Origin: an uncultured Clostridia bacterium
GTDB lineage: Bacteria; Bacillota; Clostridia; Oscillospirales; JAAYOS01
NCBI GenBank assembly: GCA_944387575.1
Contig: CALXFK010000043.1
Coordinates: forward strand, 3,892-67,891
Reading direction: 5' to 3'
Length of the DNA stretch: 64,000 bases
The translations under genes and the position numbers were made by a program. The notes beneath the pieces are model-generated. The model saw only the letters and a program-made list of their open reading frames with translations, searched no databases and was not told where the DNA came from. Every line of letters starts with the position of its first letter. Within the stretch, counting starts at the first letter, position 1. Shown piece by piece: positions 29,075 through 38,985 of the stretch.

Positions 29075-31699
29075 ATGTCAACAGAGTTGTCCAAAACTTA
29101 CGAGCCGCAGAGCGTCGAAAAACGCATTTACGGAATGTGGAAGGACAGCGGCTGCTTCACCGCGAAGCGCGACCCTGATAAAAAACCGTTCACCATCGTC
29201 ATCCCCCCGCCGAACGTCACCGGTCAGCTCCACATGGGGCATGCGCTCGACGAGACCTGGCAGGATGCGCTGATACGTTACAAGCGTATGCGCGGTTTCT
29301 CCGCGCTCTGGGTCCCCGGCACCGACCATGCGGGCATTGCAACCCAGATCAAGGTTGAGGAGCATCTCCGCAACACCGAGGGCAAGACCCGCTACGACTA
29401 CGGGCGCGAGGCGTTCACCGAGATAGTGTGGGACTGGAAGCGCCGCTACGAGGGGCGCATTTTGGAGCAGCTCCAGAGCCTCGGTTCGAGCTGCGACTGG
29501 ACCCGTCTCCGCTTTACCATGGACGAGGGGCTTTCTCGCGCGGTGCGCGAGGTGTTCGTCAACCTCTATGAGAAGGGTCTCATATATAAAGGAAACCGTA
29601 TAATCAACTGGTGCCCGCACTGCCGCACCGCGCTGAGCGACGCGGAGGTCGAATATTCCGACCAGGCGGGTCACTTCTGGCACATCCGCTACCCGGTCGA
29701 CGGTTCGGACGAATATGTGATAATCGCGACCACCCGCCCCGAGACGATGCTCGGCGACACTGCGGTCGCGGTCAACCCGGACGACGAGCGGTACGCCCAC
29801 CTTGTCGGCAAGACGCTTATCCTGCCGCTCGTCGGGCGCCGCATACCGGTCATTGCCGACGAGTACGTCGAGAAGGACTTCGGTACCGGCTGCGTCAAGA
29901 TAACCCCCTGCCACGACCCCAACGACTTTGAGGTCGGCAAGCGTCACGGACTCGAGGAGATACTCGTGCTCGACGAGGACGCGAAGATAAACGCTAACGG
30001 CGGCATATACGAGGGTCTCGACCGCTATGAGGCGCGCCGCCGCATAGTCGAGGACCTCGAAAAGGGCGGCTACCTCGTCAAGGTCGAGGACTACAACCAC
30101 AGCGTCGGCGAGTGCTACCGCTGCGGCTGCACGGTCGAGCCGATAACCTCGGCGCAGTGGTTTGTGAAAATGGCTCCGCTCGCCGAGCCGGCTGTTGAGG
30201 CTGTCAAAAACGGTTCGATAAAGTACGTTCCTGAGCGCTTCACCCGCACCTACCTCAACTGGATGGACGGTATGCGCGACTGGTGCATCTCCCGCCAACT
30301 CTGGTGGGGTCACCGCATCCCCGCGTTCTACTGCGACGACTGCGGCGAGATGACGGTGAGCCGCGAGGATGTCCACGTCTGCCCGAAGTGCGGCTCGACG
30401 AACATCAGGCACGAGGAGGACGTGCTCGACACCTGGTTCAGCTCGGCGCTCTGGCCGTTCAGCACGCTCGGATGGCCGGACGACACCGAGGACCTGCGCT
30501 ACTTCTTCCCTACCGACGTCCTTGTCACCGGATATGACATAATCGGCTTCTGGGTGAGCCGCATGATATTCTCGAGCCTTGAGCAGATGAAGAAGCCCCC
30601 GTTCCACACCGTGGTCATACACGGGCTTGTGCGCGACTCGCAGGGGCGGAAGATGTCGAAGTCACTCGGCAATGGCGTAGACCCTATGGAGGTCATAGCA
30701 GAGTTCGGCGCAGACGCACTGCGAACTGCTCTACTCATGGGCAACAGCCCCGGAGCAGACATGCGCTTCACCGACGAAAAGGTGAGCTCGATGCGCAATT
30801 TCGCAAACAAACTCTGGAACGCGAGCCGCTTCGTGCTCATGAACCTCAACGTCACCGACGACACCCTGCCCGCTTCGCTCACCGCGGAGGACAAGTGGGT
30901 TCTCTCCAAGTTCAATTCGCTTGTTGCCGAGACCACCGCAAACATCGAGAAGTACGAGCTCGGTCTCGCGCTTCAGAAGATATACGACTTCACCTGGGAC
31001 GTGTACTGCGACTGGTACATCGAACTCACAAAGCCGCGTCTCAACGCCGGCGGGCAAGCCGGAGAGGGTGCGCAGCGCGTGCTGATGTACGTGCTCGGCG
31101 GGATACTCCGCCTGCTCCACCCGTTCATGCCGTTCATCACAGAGGAGATCTGGCAGCACCTCCCCTCCCGCAGCTCGATGCTCATAACGAGCGAGTGGCC
31201 GCAGTACGAGGATGCGCTCAGCTTCCCGGGCGAGGAATCCGAGGTTGAGATAGTCATGGACGCGATACGCGCAGTGCGTGCGCGCCGCGCCGAGATGAAC
31301 GTGCCCCCCTCACGCAAGGCGCACCTCACGGTGCTCACCGACCACCGCGGGATATTCGAGGAGATGAATGAGCTCATAAAGAAGCTTGCCTATGCAAGCG
31401 AACTCGAACTCGTCTCCGCCGCCCCCGCCGAGCTCTCGGCGTACACCGCAGCCACCACCCCGGCGGTTCAGGTGTTCATGCCGACCGGCGACCTTGTGGA
31501 CATCGCGCGCGAGCGCGAGCGTCTCAACCGCGAGCTCGCAAAGGCTCGCAAGGAACTCGAGAGCCTTGAAAAGAAGCTCTCGAATCCCGGATTTGTCAAC
31601 AAAGCACCCGCAAATGTCGTCGCCGCCGAACGCGAGCGCGCGACCTCCCTCTCGGCTCTGACCGAGAAACTTACGAGCAATCTTGCGGCGCTCGGATGA
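29075..31699 (+). CDS. valS: valine--tRNA ligase
   Basis: HMGH ([14 protein letters not shown]) and KMSKS motifs and a C-terminal coiled coil. The true start MSTELSK sits behind GAGGAGG; the ORF-track N-extension covers the T-box leader. Confidence 0.97.
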   Translation: MSTELSKTYEPQSVEKRIYGMWKDSGCFTAKRDPDKKPFTIVIPPPNVTGQLHMGHALDETWQDALIRYKRMRGFSALWVPGTDHAGIATQIKVEEHLRNTEGKTRYDYGREAFTEIVWDWKRRYEGRILEQLQSLGSSCDWTRLRFTMDEGLSRAVREVFVNLYEKGLIYKGNRIINWCPHCRTALSDAEVEYSDQAGHFWHIRYPVDGSDEYVIIATTRPETMLGDTAVAVNPDDERYAHLVGKTLILPLVGRRIPVIADEYVEKDFGTGCVKITPCHDPNDFEVGKRHGLEEILVLDEDAKINANGGIYEGLDRYEARRRIVEDLEKGGYLVKVEDYNHSVGECYRCGCTVEPITSAQWFVKMAPLAEPAVEAVKNGSIKYVPERFTRTYLNWMDGMRDWCISRQLWWGHRIPAFYCDDCGEMTVSREDVHVCPKCGSTNIRHEEDVLDTWFSSALWPFSTLGWPDDTEDLRYFFPTDVLVTGYDIIGFWVSRMIFSSLEQMKKPPFHTVVIHGLVRDSQGRKMSKSLGNGVDPMEVIAEFGADALRTALLMGNSPGADMRFTDEKVSSMRNFANKLWNASRFVLMNLNVTDDTLPASLTAEDKWVLSKFNSLVAETTANIEKYELGLALQKIYDFTWDVYCDWYIELTKPRLNAGGQAGEGAQRVLMYVLGGILRLLHPFMPFITEEIWQHLPSRSSMLITSEWPQYEDALSFPGEESEVEIVMDAIRAVRARRAEMNVPPSRKAHLTVLTDHRGIFEEMNELIKKLAYASELELVSAAPAELSAYTAATTPAVQVFMPTGDLVDIARERERLNRELAKARKELESLEKKLSNPGFVNKAPANVVAAERERATSLSALTEKLTSNLAALG

Positions 31700-31723
31700 G
31701 CTCCGCAGAATGGGGATGTAAAA

Positions 31724-33016
31724 ATGAACTACGAACAGGCACTCGACTATATTCACGGCATCAAGCGTTTTTCCACTAAGCCGGGGCTTCAGCGCATACT
31801 GAACCTCCTGCACGACATGGGCGACCCGCAGCGCAGCATGAACTATGTCCACGTCGCGGGCACCAATGGCAAGGGCAGTACCGTAGCCATGTGCGCATCG
31901 GTCATGCGTCACGCCGGTTACCGCACCGGCGAGTTCATCTCGCCGTTCCTCGAGCGGTTCAACGAGCGTATGCAGATAAACGGTGAACCTATCCCGGACG
32001 ACAAGCTCGTCGAGCTCACCGAGTACACAAAAAAGCTCGCGGACGGCATGCTCGAGCGCGGTCTTGCGCATCCTACCGAGTTCGAGATAGTCACCGCAAT
32101 GGCGTTCAAGTACTGGGAGCAGAGCGGTTGCGACCTCGTTTCGCTCGAGGTCGGCATGGGTGGACGCTTGGACGCGACAAACGTCATCGACCCGCCGGCT
32201 GCCGCGATAATCGCCACCATCGCCTATGACCACTGCCACTACCTCGGCGATACGCTGACCGAAATAGCCTATGAGAAGTGCGGCATTGTCAAGCCCGGAA
32301 GCCCGGTCATATGCTACGCCGAGCAGCCGGAGGAGGCGCGCATAGTCATAGAGCGCATCTGCCGTGAACGGGGCGCGGAGTTCATCATCCCCGACATGTC
32401 CGCCCTCGAAATACTCGATTCCGGTCTCTATGGCACCCATTTCCGCTACTCTGGTCTGGAGACCACCGTGCCGCTCATGGGCAGGCACCAGGTCATCAAC
32501 GCGCTAAGCGTCATCGAAGCCATGCGGGCGATGGCGCGCCGCGGGTACCATATAACCGACGAGGACATCGCTCTCGGCATCCGGAATACCGAGTGGGTCG
32601 GGCGGCTCGAGCAGATACACAGCGACCCGGACTGCATAATAGACGCCGCGCACAACCCGGAGGCGGTGCGTGCTCTCTCTGCCGCCATCGAGACTCTGCT
32701 TTCCGATCGGAAGATAATAACCGTCATGGGCATGCTCGCCGACAAGGATTATGAGTTCTGCATCCCCGAGATTGCCAAGCGCAGTAGCATGGTCATCACC
32801 ACCACCCCAACCTCAGGCAGAGCCCTCCCCGCTTCCGAGAGCGCCGAGGTCGCACGCGCATCCTGCGCGGCGGTCGAGGCGGTAGACGACATATGCGAGG
32901 CGGTAGACCGCGCCTTCGAGCTTGCGAAAAAGGGCGGCGAGACAGTGCTAATCTGCGGCTCGCTCTACGTCATCGGAGTAGCCAAGACGTACATACGTGA
33001 ACGGTACGGCAGGTAA
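31724..33016 (+). CDS. folC: bifunctional folylpolyglutamate synthase / dihydrofolate synthase
   Basis: P-loop HVAGTNGKGST, Mur-ligase fold, and valS-folC synteny as in Bacillus. Confidence 0.9.
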   Translation: MNYEQALDYIHGIKRFSTKPGLQRILNLLHDMGDPQRSMNYVHVAGTNGKGSTVAMCASVMRHAGYRTGEFISPFLERFNERMQINGEPIPDDKLVELTEYTKKLADGMLERGLAHPTEFEIVTAMAFKYWEQSGCDLVSLEVGMGGRLDATNVIDPPAAAIIATIAYDHCHYLGDTLTEIAYEKCGIVKPGSPVICYAEQPEEARIVIERICRERGAEFIIPDMSALEILDSGLYGTHFRYSGLETTVPLMGRHQVINALSVIEAMRAMARRGYHITDEDIALGIRNTEWVGRLEQIHSDPDCIIDAAHNPEAVRALSAAIETLLSDRKIITVMGMLADKDYEFCIPEIAKRSSMVITTTPTSGRALPASESAEVARASCAAVEAVDDICEAVDRAFELAKKGGETVLICGSLYVIGVAKTYIRERYGR

Positions 33017-33062
33017 CGTCTACGCCTACGTTCGACAATTTGCGCCGTCGGCGCATGGTAAA

Positions 33063-33103
33063 ATATGACCGATACCCGGACAGGGTGTCGGTCATATTTT
33101 TTT
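33063..33103 (+). terminator. folC terminator
   Basis: Hairpin atatgaccgatac...gtgtcggtcatat followed by ttttttt. Confidence 0.65.
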
Positions 33104-33147
33104 GCGAAAGCCGGTATATTTTGTCGTTTACCGGGAAGGATAAGAAA

Positions 33148-33438
33148 ATGAACATTGATATTCAGAGAACAGACGACTCCCTCGTCATCAAGCTCTCCGG
33201 CGACCTCGACCACCACGCCGCCGGAAAAGTTTTTGAGAGCTTTACCGCGCTTCCCGAGGCACTCCCCCGCCGCTGCACCCTCGACCTTGGCGGTGTGACA
33301 TTTATGGACAGTTCAGGTATCGCTGTCGTGCTCGGACTGAGGCGCAGGCTCTCGTACATAGGCGCAGAGCTCTCAGTGGTAAACGCCCCGGCACAGGCTA
33401 TGCGCGTATTCCGCGCGGCAGGAATGAAAGAAATATAA
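33148..33438 (+). CDS. spoIIAA: anti-sigma-F factor antagonist SpoIIAA (STAS)
   Basis: 96 aa STAS protein (LSGDLDHH...DL..V.FMDSSGI.V) heading the spoIIA operon. Confidence 0.85.
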   Translation: MNIDIQRTDDSLVIKLSGDLDHHAAGKVFESFTALPEALPRRCTLDLGGVTFMDSSGIAVVLGLRRRLSYIGAELSVVNAPAQAMRVFRAAGMKEI

Positions 33439-33457
33439 CAGGAGGCTACATAAGAAC

Positions 33458-33889
33458 ATGCGACCGACAAACGAATTGACGCTGCTGCTGCCTAGCAGGT
33501 CGGCAAACGAGAGCATTGCGCGGGTCTGCGTCGCCGGATTCGCCGCCCAGCTCGACCCCACCCTCGAGGAACTCGGCGACATAAAGACGGTGGTGAGCGA
33601 AGCGGTCACGAACTGTATCGTCCACGCCTATCCCGATACAATAGGCGAAATAAAGATACGCTGCCGCACCTTTGCAAACGGCGTTCTCGAAATCGTCATA
33701 AGCGACCGCGGAATCGGTATCCCCGACATCGAAAAGGCGCGTGAACCGATGTTCACGACCGGAGGCGAGGAACGAAGCGGCATGGGCTTTACCATTATGG
33801 AGAGCTTTTCGGACAGTTGTATCGTCCGCCACCGCGCCGGGGGCGGTACGGTCGTCAAGCTCTCGAAGCGGATAGAACCGCGCACCTGA
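33458..33889 (+). CDS. spoIIAB: anti-sigma-F factor SpoIIAB (serine kinase)
   Basis: HATPase_c motifs (AVTNCIVHAY, DRGIGI, GMGFTIME). 143 aa. Confidence 0.9.
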   Translation: MRPTNELTLLLPSRSANESIARVCVAGFAAQLDPTLEELGDIKTVVSEAVTNCIVHAYPDTIGEIKIRCRTFANGVLEIVISDRGIGIPDIEKAREPMFTTGGEERSGMGFTIMESFSDSCIVRHRAGGGTVVKLSKRIEPRT

Positions 33890-34596
33890 TGGGCGCCGGT
33901 TATGCACATGAACTGCTCCGCGCTGCTCGCGACGGGGACAGCGAGGCTCAGGCGCGGCTCATCGAGGAGAACTCCGGGCTGATATGGGGCATCGCCCGGC
34001 GCTTCTTCGGGCGCGGCGTCGAGGCGGACGACCTCTATCAGCTGGGATGTATCGGTTTTCTGAAGGCGATCGCGGGGTACGACGAAAGCTTCGGAACGCA
34101 GTTTTCCACCTATGCCGTGCCTAAAATTGCGGGCGAGATCCGCCGCTTTCTCCGTGACGACGGACCGGTCAAGGTGAGCCGCACCCTCAAGGAGCGCGCC
34201 TACGCCGTCCACCGCTCGCGTGAACGTCTCCTAAAAGAGCTCGACCGCGAACCCCGCCTGAGCGAAATATCCGCCGACACCGGACTTTCCCCCGAGGAGA
34301 TTGCAGAGTGCGAACGCGCCGTCGAACAGCCCGACTCTCTCCAGCGCAGCGGAGAGACCGGTCTCGCACTCGAAGGAACCGTCGGAGTGGACGGGTTTGA
34401 GGACGCGGTCATCGACTCGGTCGCACTTCGCCAGGCAATCTCGGGTCTCGAGCAGCGGGAGCAGCAGTTAGTCCGGCTCCGCTATTTCCACAACCTCACC
34501 CAGCAGGCGACCGCGCAGCTCCTAGGTATCTCGCAGGTGCAGGTCTCAAGGATAGAAAAACGAATACTCACGCGGCTCCGCGAGGTCATTCTGTAA
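33889..34596 (+). CDS. sigF: RNA polymerase sporulation sigma factor SigF
   Basis: Sigma-70 regions 2-4 (DLYQLGCIGFLKAI..YD..FG..FSTYAVP.I.GEIRRFLRDD). The start overlaps the spoIIAB stop (TGATG). Confidence 0.9.
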   Translation: MGAGYAHELLRAARDGDSEAQARLIEENSGLIWGIARRFFGRGVEADDLYQLGCIGFLKAIAGYDESFGTQFSTYAVPKIAGEIRRFLRDDGPVKVSRTLKERAYAVHRSRERLLKELDREPRLSEISADTGLSPEEIAECERAVEQPDSLQRSGETGLALEGTVGVDGFEDAVIDSVALRQAISGLEQREQQLVRLRYFHNLTQQATAQLLGISQVQVSRIEKRILTRLREVIL

Positions 34597-34703
34597 AGCC
34601 GGTGCAAGAAAATTTTTCCGAAACTACTTTTTTCGCGCTTTTTCGACATTCCACCCGTGCTAATATCTTCTCATCCGAACAGCTAAACTACACATTTTTC
34701 CCT

Positions 34704-34747
34704 TGTGCCGCAAAGCCACTACACAGCTCTGCGGCACACTTTTTTTG
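34704..34747 (+). terminator. terminator of the spoIIA operon
   Basis: tgtgccgc ... gcggcaca followed by ctttttttg. Confidence 0.6.
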
Positions 34748-34769
34748 TACGTTCAGTGGGTCAAAGCTC

Positions 34770-34798
34770 TGGACAAGATGCATAATATCTGATATAAT
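34770..34798 (+). promoter_or_regulatory. candidate sigma-A promoter of smpB
   Basis: TGGACA - 17 nt - TATAAT. Confidence 0.5.
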
Positions 34799-34835
34799 AG
34801 TCTGACTTCACGAAGGGAATGAGAGGGGCGTTTTG

Positions 34836-35297
34836 ATGGCTGAAAAGAATAAAACTATCGCGACCAACCGCAAAGCGTTCCACGACTATTTCATCGAGGA
34901 GCGTTTCGAGGCAGGCATCGAACTGTACGGCACCGAAGTGAAGTCACTCCGACTCGGCGCAGTCAACCTCAAGGATTCGTACTGTATCGTAAAGAAAGGT
35001 GAACTTTTCCTCTGCGGAGCGCATATAAGCCCGTACGAAAAGGGTAACATTTTTAATCGCGACCCGGTTCGTACCCGCCGCCTGCTCATGCACCGCCGCG
35101 AGATAATGCGGCTCGATGCCCGCGTCCAGCGCGACGGATTCACGCTCGTCCCACTCTCCCTCTATTTCAAGGGTCCGCGGGTCAAGGTCGAGCTTGCGCT
35201 CGCAAAGGGTAAAAAACTGCACGACAAGCGCGATTCCGCAAAAGAAAAAGAGGCTGCGCGCGAAATTGACCGAGCTTTAAAGGAGAGATTGAAATAA
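34836..35297 (+). CDS. smpB: SsrA-binding protein
   Basis: [30 protein letters not shown] is the SmpB signature. tmRNA lies about 700 nt downstream. Confidence 0.95.
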   Translation: MAEKNKTIATNRKAFHDYFIEERFEAGIELYGTEVKSLRLGAVNLKDSYCIVKKGELFLCGAHISPYEKGNIFNRDPVRTRRLLMHRREIMRLDARVQRDGFTLVPLSLYFKGPRVKVELALAKGKKLHDKRDSAKEKEAAREIDRALKERLK

Positions 35298-35314
35298 AAA
35301 AGACAGTACTCTTT

Positions 35315-35950
35315 TTGATCACCATGCTGCTGTTCACGGCGGCATTCGGCTGCTCGAGCGGCAGCCCGCAAAGCTCCCCCTCCGGCGACGAGTCGGCAAC
35401 AAATTCAGATAAGGAGAACAGTGAAATGAGCAATCCGATAGTCACCATCGAAATGGAAAACGGCGGCATCATCACCATCGAGCTCTACCCCGACATAGCA
35501 CCGAACACCGTAAACAACTTCATATCCCTCGTTGAAGACGGGTTCTACGACGGGCTCATCTTCCACCGTGTCATTCCCGGCTTCATGATCCAGGGTGGAT
35601 GCCCGAAGGGTACCGGTACCGGCAACCCCGGTTACTCCATTAAGGGCGAGTTCTCCTCCAACGGATTTGAAAACAGCCTTGAGCACACTCGCGGTGTCAT
35701 CTCGATGGCGCGTTCGATGGATAAGGACTCCGCCGGAAGCCAGTTCTTTATAATGGTGGACACCGCCGAGCACCTCGACGGAGAGTACGCCGCTTTCGGT
35801 AAGGTCACCGACGGTATGGACGTCGTCGACGAAATTGTAAACACCAAGCGCAACATGAACGACAAGCCGATAACTGACCAGCGCATGAAGACGGTCACGG
35901 TCGACACTTTCGGCGTCGATTATCCCGACCCTGAAACTATCGGGCGTTAA
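35315..35950 (+). CDS. cyclophilin-type peptidyl-prolyl isomerase, probable lipoprotein
   Basis: FHRVIPGFMIQGG, GSQFFI and a lipobox LFTAAFGC|SSG. The true start is uncertain (see findings). Confidence 0.9.
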   Translation: MITMLLFTAAFGCSSGSPQSSPSGDESATNSDKENSEMSNPIVTIEMENGGIITIELYPDIAPNTVNNFISLVEDGFYDGLIFHRVIPGFMIQGGCPKGTGTGNPGYSIKGEFSSNGFENSLEHTRGVISMARSMDKDSAGSQFFIMVDTAEHLDGEYAAFGKVTDGMDVVDEIVNTKRNMNDKPITDQRMKTVTVDTFGVDYPDPETIGR

Positions 35951-36002
35951 TTACGTCTAATGTAACTGGAGACCCTCCTGGCGGCTTTTTGCCGCCAAAT
36001 AT

Positions 36003-36347
36003 GGGGGCGTACCGGTTTCGACGGGGATGCAGAGGCTGGATAAGCGGGTCGTGGCGTCCTCCACGTAAAAAGGGCAACCTTATAAATTAAGCAACGATAC
36101 TGAACTTGCTTACGCAGCCTAATTAGGCTGCCGTCCGCCCCGAAGGACCACGAGCGGGATACGGGCGTCGTTTAGTGGTGAACGTGCGTGCGCAAAGCTT
36201 TGAGCGCACACATGAATTATGAAGCTACCTCTCTTTTAAGCCAGCCGTCAGGCGTCTGAGAGAGGGAATTTAAACCGACGGCTGCACCCGGAGAAAGTCC
36301 TGTCGAAGCGTTTTCGGACAGGGGTTCGACTCCCCTCGCCTCCACCA
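36003..36347 (+). ncRNA. ssrA: tmRNA (ssrA)
   Basis: 5' GGGGGCGTACCGGTTTCGACGGGG and 3' GGACAGGGGTTCGACTCCCCTCGCCTCCACCA form the tRNA-like domain. The internal tag frame AAC GAT ACT GAA CTT GCT TAC GCA GCC TAA (36093-36122) encodes NDTELAYAA*. Confidence 0.92.
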
Positions 36348-36349
36348 TA

Positions 36350-36388
36350 ACGGAGCAAGCGTTTGTCGCTTGCTCCGTTTTATTTTTG
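36350..36388 (+). terminator. ssrA terminator
   Basis: acggagcaagcg / tttgt / cgcttgctccgt followed by tttatttttg. Confidence 0.75.
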
Positions 36389-36405
36389 TAATTGTATAGC
36401 GAAGA

Positions 36406-36432
36406 CCCCGATGCAGGCTGCCTGCATCGGGG
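36406..36432. terminator. 12-bp hairpin downstream of the second GGDEF*/EAL gene
   Basis: ccccgatgcagg / ctg / cctgcatcgggg. U-runs are weak on both strands. Confidence 0.45.
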
Positions 36433-36518
36433 CACATTATTTACTTCTCTCGGCGAAGCTTCATCCTCCGTCTCCCGGCACTACATATGTGTATCCGAAA
36501 ATCCGAAAAAACTGCACC

Positions 36519-38783
36519 TTACACACCCTGTTCGAAGTTCATGTATTTGCGGCTGAACTCCGCAGCGGCAATAGGCCTGTCATAGAAATAGCCCTGTACA
36601 AAATCGAAGTTCAGTCTCTTGACAAAATCTCTGTCCTCCTGCGTCTCAACGCCCTCTGCAACCGTTGCAATGCCGAACTTTTTGGCAAAAACCACGACCT
36701 GTTCCACTATTGCCTGCCGTTTGACGAGTTCTTCCTCTGAAACCTTGCGCAGAAAACCACGATCCAGTTTCAGCTCGTCGATGTCAAGCTGGTAGAACAT
36801 ATTCAGCGAGGAGTATCCACTGCCGAAGTCGTCCATAGAAATGCGGAACCCTTTTTCATGAAGCGCCTCTATCTGTTTGTTTATCTGCTCAAAATTTTCG
36901 GTGGCAACGCTCTCCAGTATCTCGAGCGTGATAAGAGATGGGGGCACATGATACTTTGCAAGTATCTGAGAGACATTCTCCGGGTAATTGAGGTCGGAGA
37001 ACAGCAGTTTGGACTGATTTATAGATATTGGAGCTGGAGTTATTCCAACATCCATCCACATCCTTATCTGCTTGCAGACCCTCTCCACCATATACATGTC
37101 GAGTTTCAGACAGAATCCGTTTTTCTCAAAGAGCGGTATGAACTCACCCGGCATACGGAAAGAACCGTCCGGATTCTGCCATCTCACAAGAGCTTCCGCG
37201 CCTACGAGCGCATCCGTCTTTAAATTGAACTTAGGCTGAAGGAACAGCTTGAACTCTTTGTTTTGCAGCGCCGCATACATATGACTCTCTATACTATTTT
37301 TACGGCGCACTTCGTCGTGAAGCACATGGTTGTAAAACGCGATACTCTTCTGGTGAGAGTTCTGGATACTCTGCATTGCAAGCAGTGCCCGTTCCCTGTC
37401 CCCGCAAATCGCTATACCGCAATAGGTAGACAGTTCATAGCTGTACTCCCCATAATCCAGGCTCACCCGGCTGATATGGTCTATTATCTTCTGCATACGC
37501 TTTTGAACCAGTTGCTCATCGTTGTCAAGCAGCAGTATATAAAACAGGTCCGCCGTATCTCGGCAAAAGAACTCCCCCGTCTTTAGCATTCCCTCGATCA
37601 TCTCTTTAAGGTAACACAGCACCTTGTCTCCGCGATCTTGCCCAAACAGGTCGTTTATACCCTTGAAATTGTGCACATTCATCGCGACAGTGCTGTAATT
37701 CTTATGCTGACTGGATATTTCATTGAAACGCTGATTGAATCGGATAGTGTTTTCCGCACCTGTCACCTGGTCCTGATACGCTATTCGAATGAGTGCTCTC
37801 ACCGCTTTGCGGAACTGCCTGTACCCCGCATAAAGCAGCCCGTTGACCACGAGCAGCACAAGCAGCACCACCACTCCGGTTATCACCAGGACGCCGCCAA
37901 GCGCCAAATGTGCCCCCCACACAGTGTTGGCACAGAACAAATACCAACCGTTCATCCCAAGCGGCTCCAGATAATAGTGGCACCTCGTTCCCTCGTACCT
38001 GAATTCTCCGAGCACACTCTCCTGCTTGCTCAGCGCTAACCGGGTCTGCTCCTTAGTCTTTTCAGTCAGGTATGAACCGTCATATATTGTGTTCACGTCC
38101 TCCTTTATAAGGGTGTTCTGCGAGCGCACCAAGATCCTGCCCTCGCTGTTTATCAGGTTTATATAACCCGCCCCACCCATTACCGCTTTTCCGTTTGCAA
38201 TGTCGGTAAATATCTCAAGGGTATCGCTCGCCGCCAGTGCACCGACCACCTTGCCATTCTGATAGACCGGGACGGCATAAACGAACAGTTTTTCTCCATA
38301 AACGTCGCTACCAAACATTTTAGAGATGCCGTTATTTCCCTCGAAAGCCATTTCGATCACATCTATGGCGTAAGGATCGCAGTCCTCCAGCGTGATCTCG
38401 GACCTGTTTCCATATGTCGCCGTACTCATGACTCCGTGACCGTCTTTCCAGATATAGAGCATACTGATAAAATCGTTTGCCGAATTGGTAGCCGTGAGGC
38501 TCTGCTCCAACTGATCTTTGTCATTTGCGATGGAACTCACCTCGTATGCCTTTGCGAAGGTAGTCAGTATTTGTATGTTCTTGTCTATCTGTTTGAGTAT
38601 ACGTTCTTTATACTCCTGCGTCTCTATACGCATCTGTTCGTGCGCTGACTCATGAACCGCCTGCATCACATACTGCAAAAGGAACACGCCGACCAGGCAC
38701 AGCACCAAACAACTGACAACAGTTATAACAGTTATGCGTATCAGTTGTTTTCTTAATTTTTTCTCGTCCATCCCTAAATCCAC
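36519..38783 (-). CDS. sensor protein: TM - extracytoplasmic Cache-like domain - TM - degenerate GGDEF - EAL phosphodiesterase
   Basis: The GGDEF-fold region has ...FCRDTADLFYILL in place of RxGGDEF. EAL motifs are intact (EALVRW, INQS, LEILES, DDFGSGYSSL, KLDRGF, AEGVETQED, QGYFY). Confidence 0.85.
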   Translation of the reverse strand: MDLGMDEKKLRKQLIRITVITVVSCLVLCLVGVFLLQYVMQAVHESAHEQMRIETQEYKERILKQIDKNIQILTTFAKAYEVSSIANDKDQLEQSLTATNSANDFISMLYIWKDGHGVMSTATYGNRSEITLEDCDPYAIDVIEMAFEGNNGISKMFGSDVYGEKLFVYAVPVYQNGKVVGALAASDTLEIFTDIANGKAVMGGAGYINLINSEGRILVRSQNTLIKEDVNTIYDGSYLTEKTKEQTRLALSKQESVLGEFRYEGTRCHYYLEPLGMNGWYLFCANTVWGAHLALGGVLVITGVVVLLVLLVVNGLLYAGYRQFRKAVRALIRIAYQDQVTGAENTIRFNQRFNEISSQHKNYSTVAMNVHNFKGINDLFGQDRGDKVLCYLKEMIEGMLKTGEFFCRDTADLFYILLLDNDEQLVQKRMQKIIDHISRVSLDYGEYSYELSTYCGIAICGDRERALLAMQSIQNSHQKSIAFYNHVLHDEVRRKNSIESHMYAALQNKEFKLFLQPKFNLKTDALVGAEALVRWQNPDGSFRMPGEFIPLFEKNGFCLKLDMYMVERVCKQIRMWMDVGITPAPISINQSKLLFSDLNYPENVSQILAKYHVPPSLITLEILESVATENFEQINKQIEALHEKGFRISMDDFGSGYSSLNMFYQLDIDELKLDRGFLRKVSEEELVKRQAIVEQVVVFAKKFGIATVAEGVETQEDRDFVKRLNFDFVQGYFYDRPIAAAEFSRKYMNFEQGV

Positions 38784-38985
38784 ATTCCTCTCTGCTGCCT
38801 TCCGACCATCCTCCTAGGTCGTGATGGGATAACCGCAACTACCCATCCGCCCCCTCCCATATCACCCAGCATACTTACCAAGTTTCAATATACAGCATTA
38901 CACCAGCAAAATACAACAGTGAAATCTTAAAAATTTTGTATTTTTAGCTGTTAAACTACGAAATTCTGCACGATCAAGCGACCAA

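Noticed and set aside
29078-32488. Long antisense ORFs (514 aa at 29078-30622 and 392 aa at 31310-32488)
   Set aside because: They lie antisense to valS and folC, which have unmistakable signatures. Their Arg/Ala/Gly-rich composition is typical of shadow frames in GC-rich DNA.
33031-33037. Perfect Spo0A box (TGTCGAA, minus orientation) about 110 nt upstream of spoIIAA
   Set aside because: A single 7-mer is expected several times by chance in 64 kb. It also lies upstream of the folC terminator, and I could not see a sigma-H promoter. That is not enough to call.
36217-36435. 72-aa minus-strand ORF
   Set aside because: It overlaps the 3' half of tmRNA and its terminator and is spurious.
38784-38985. 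Looked for a second c-di-GMP riboswitch before the second EAL gene
   Set aside because: There is no GGCAAA...GACGCAAAGC core on either strand, only generic hairpins, one of which encloses an AGGAGG.
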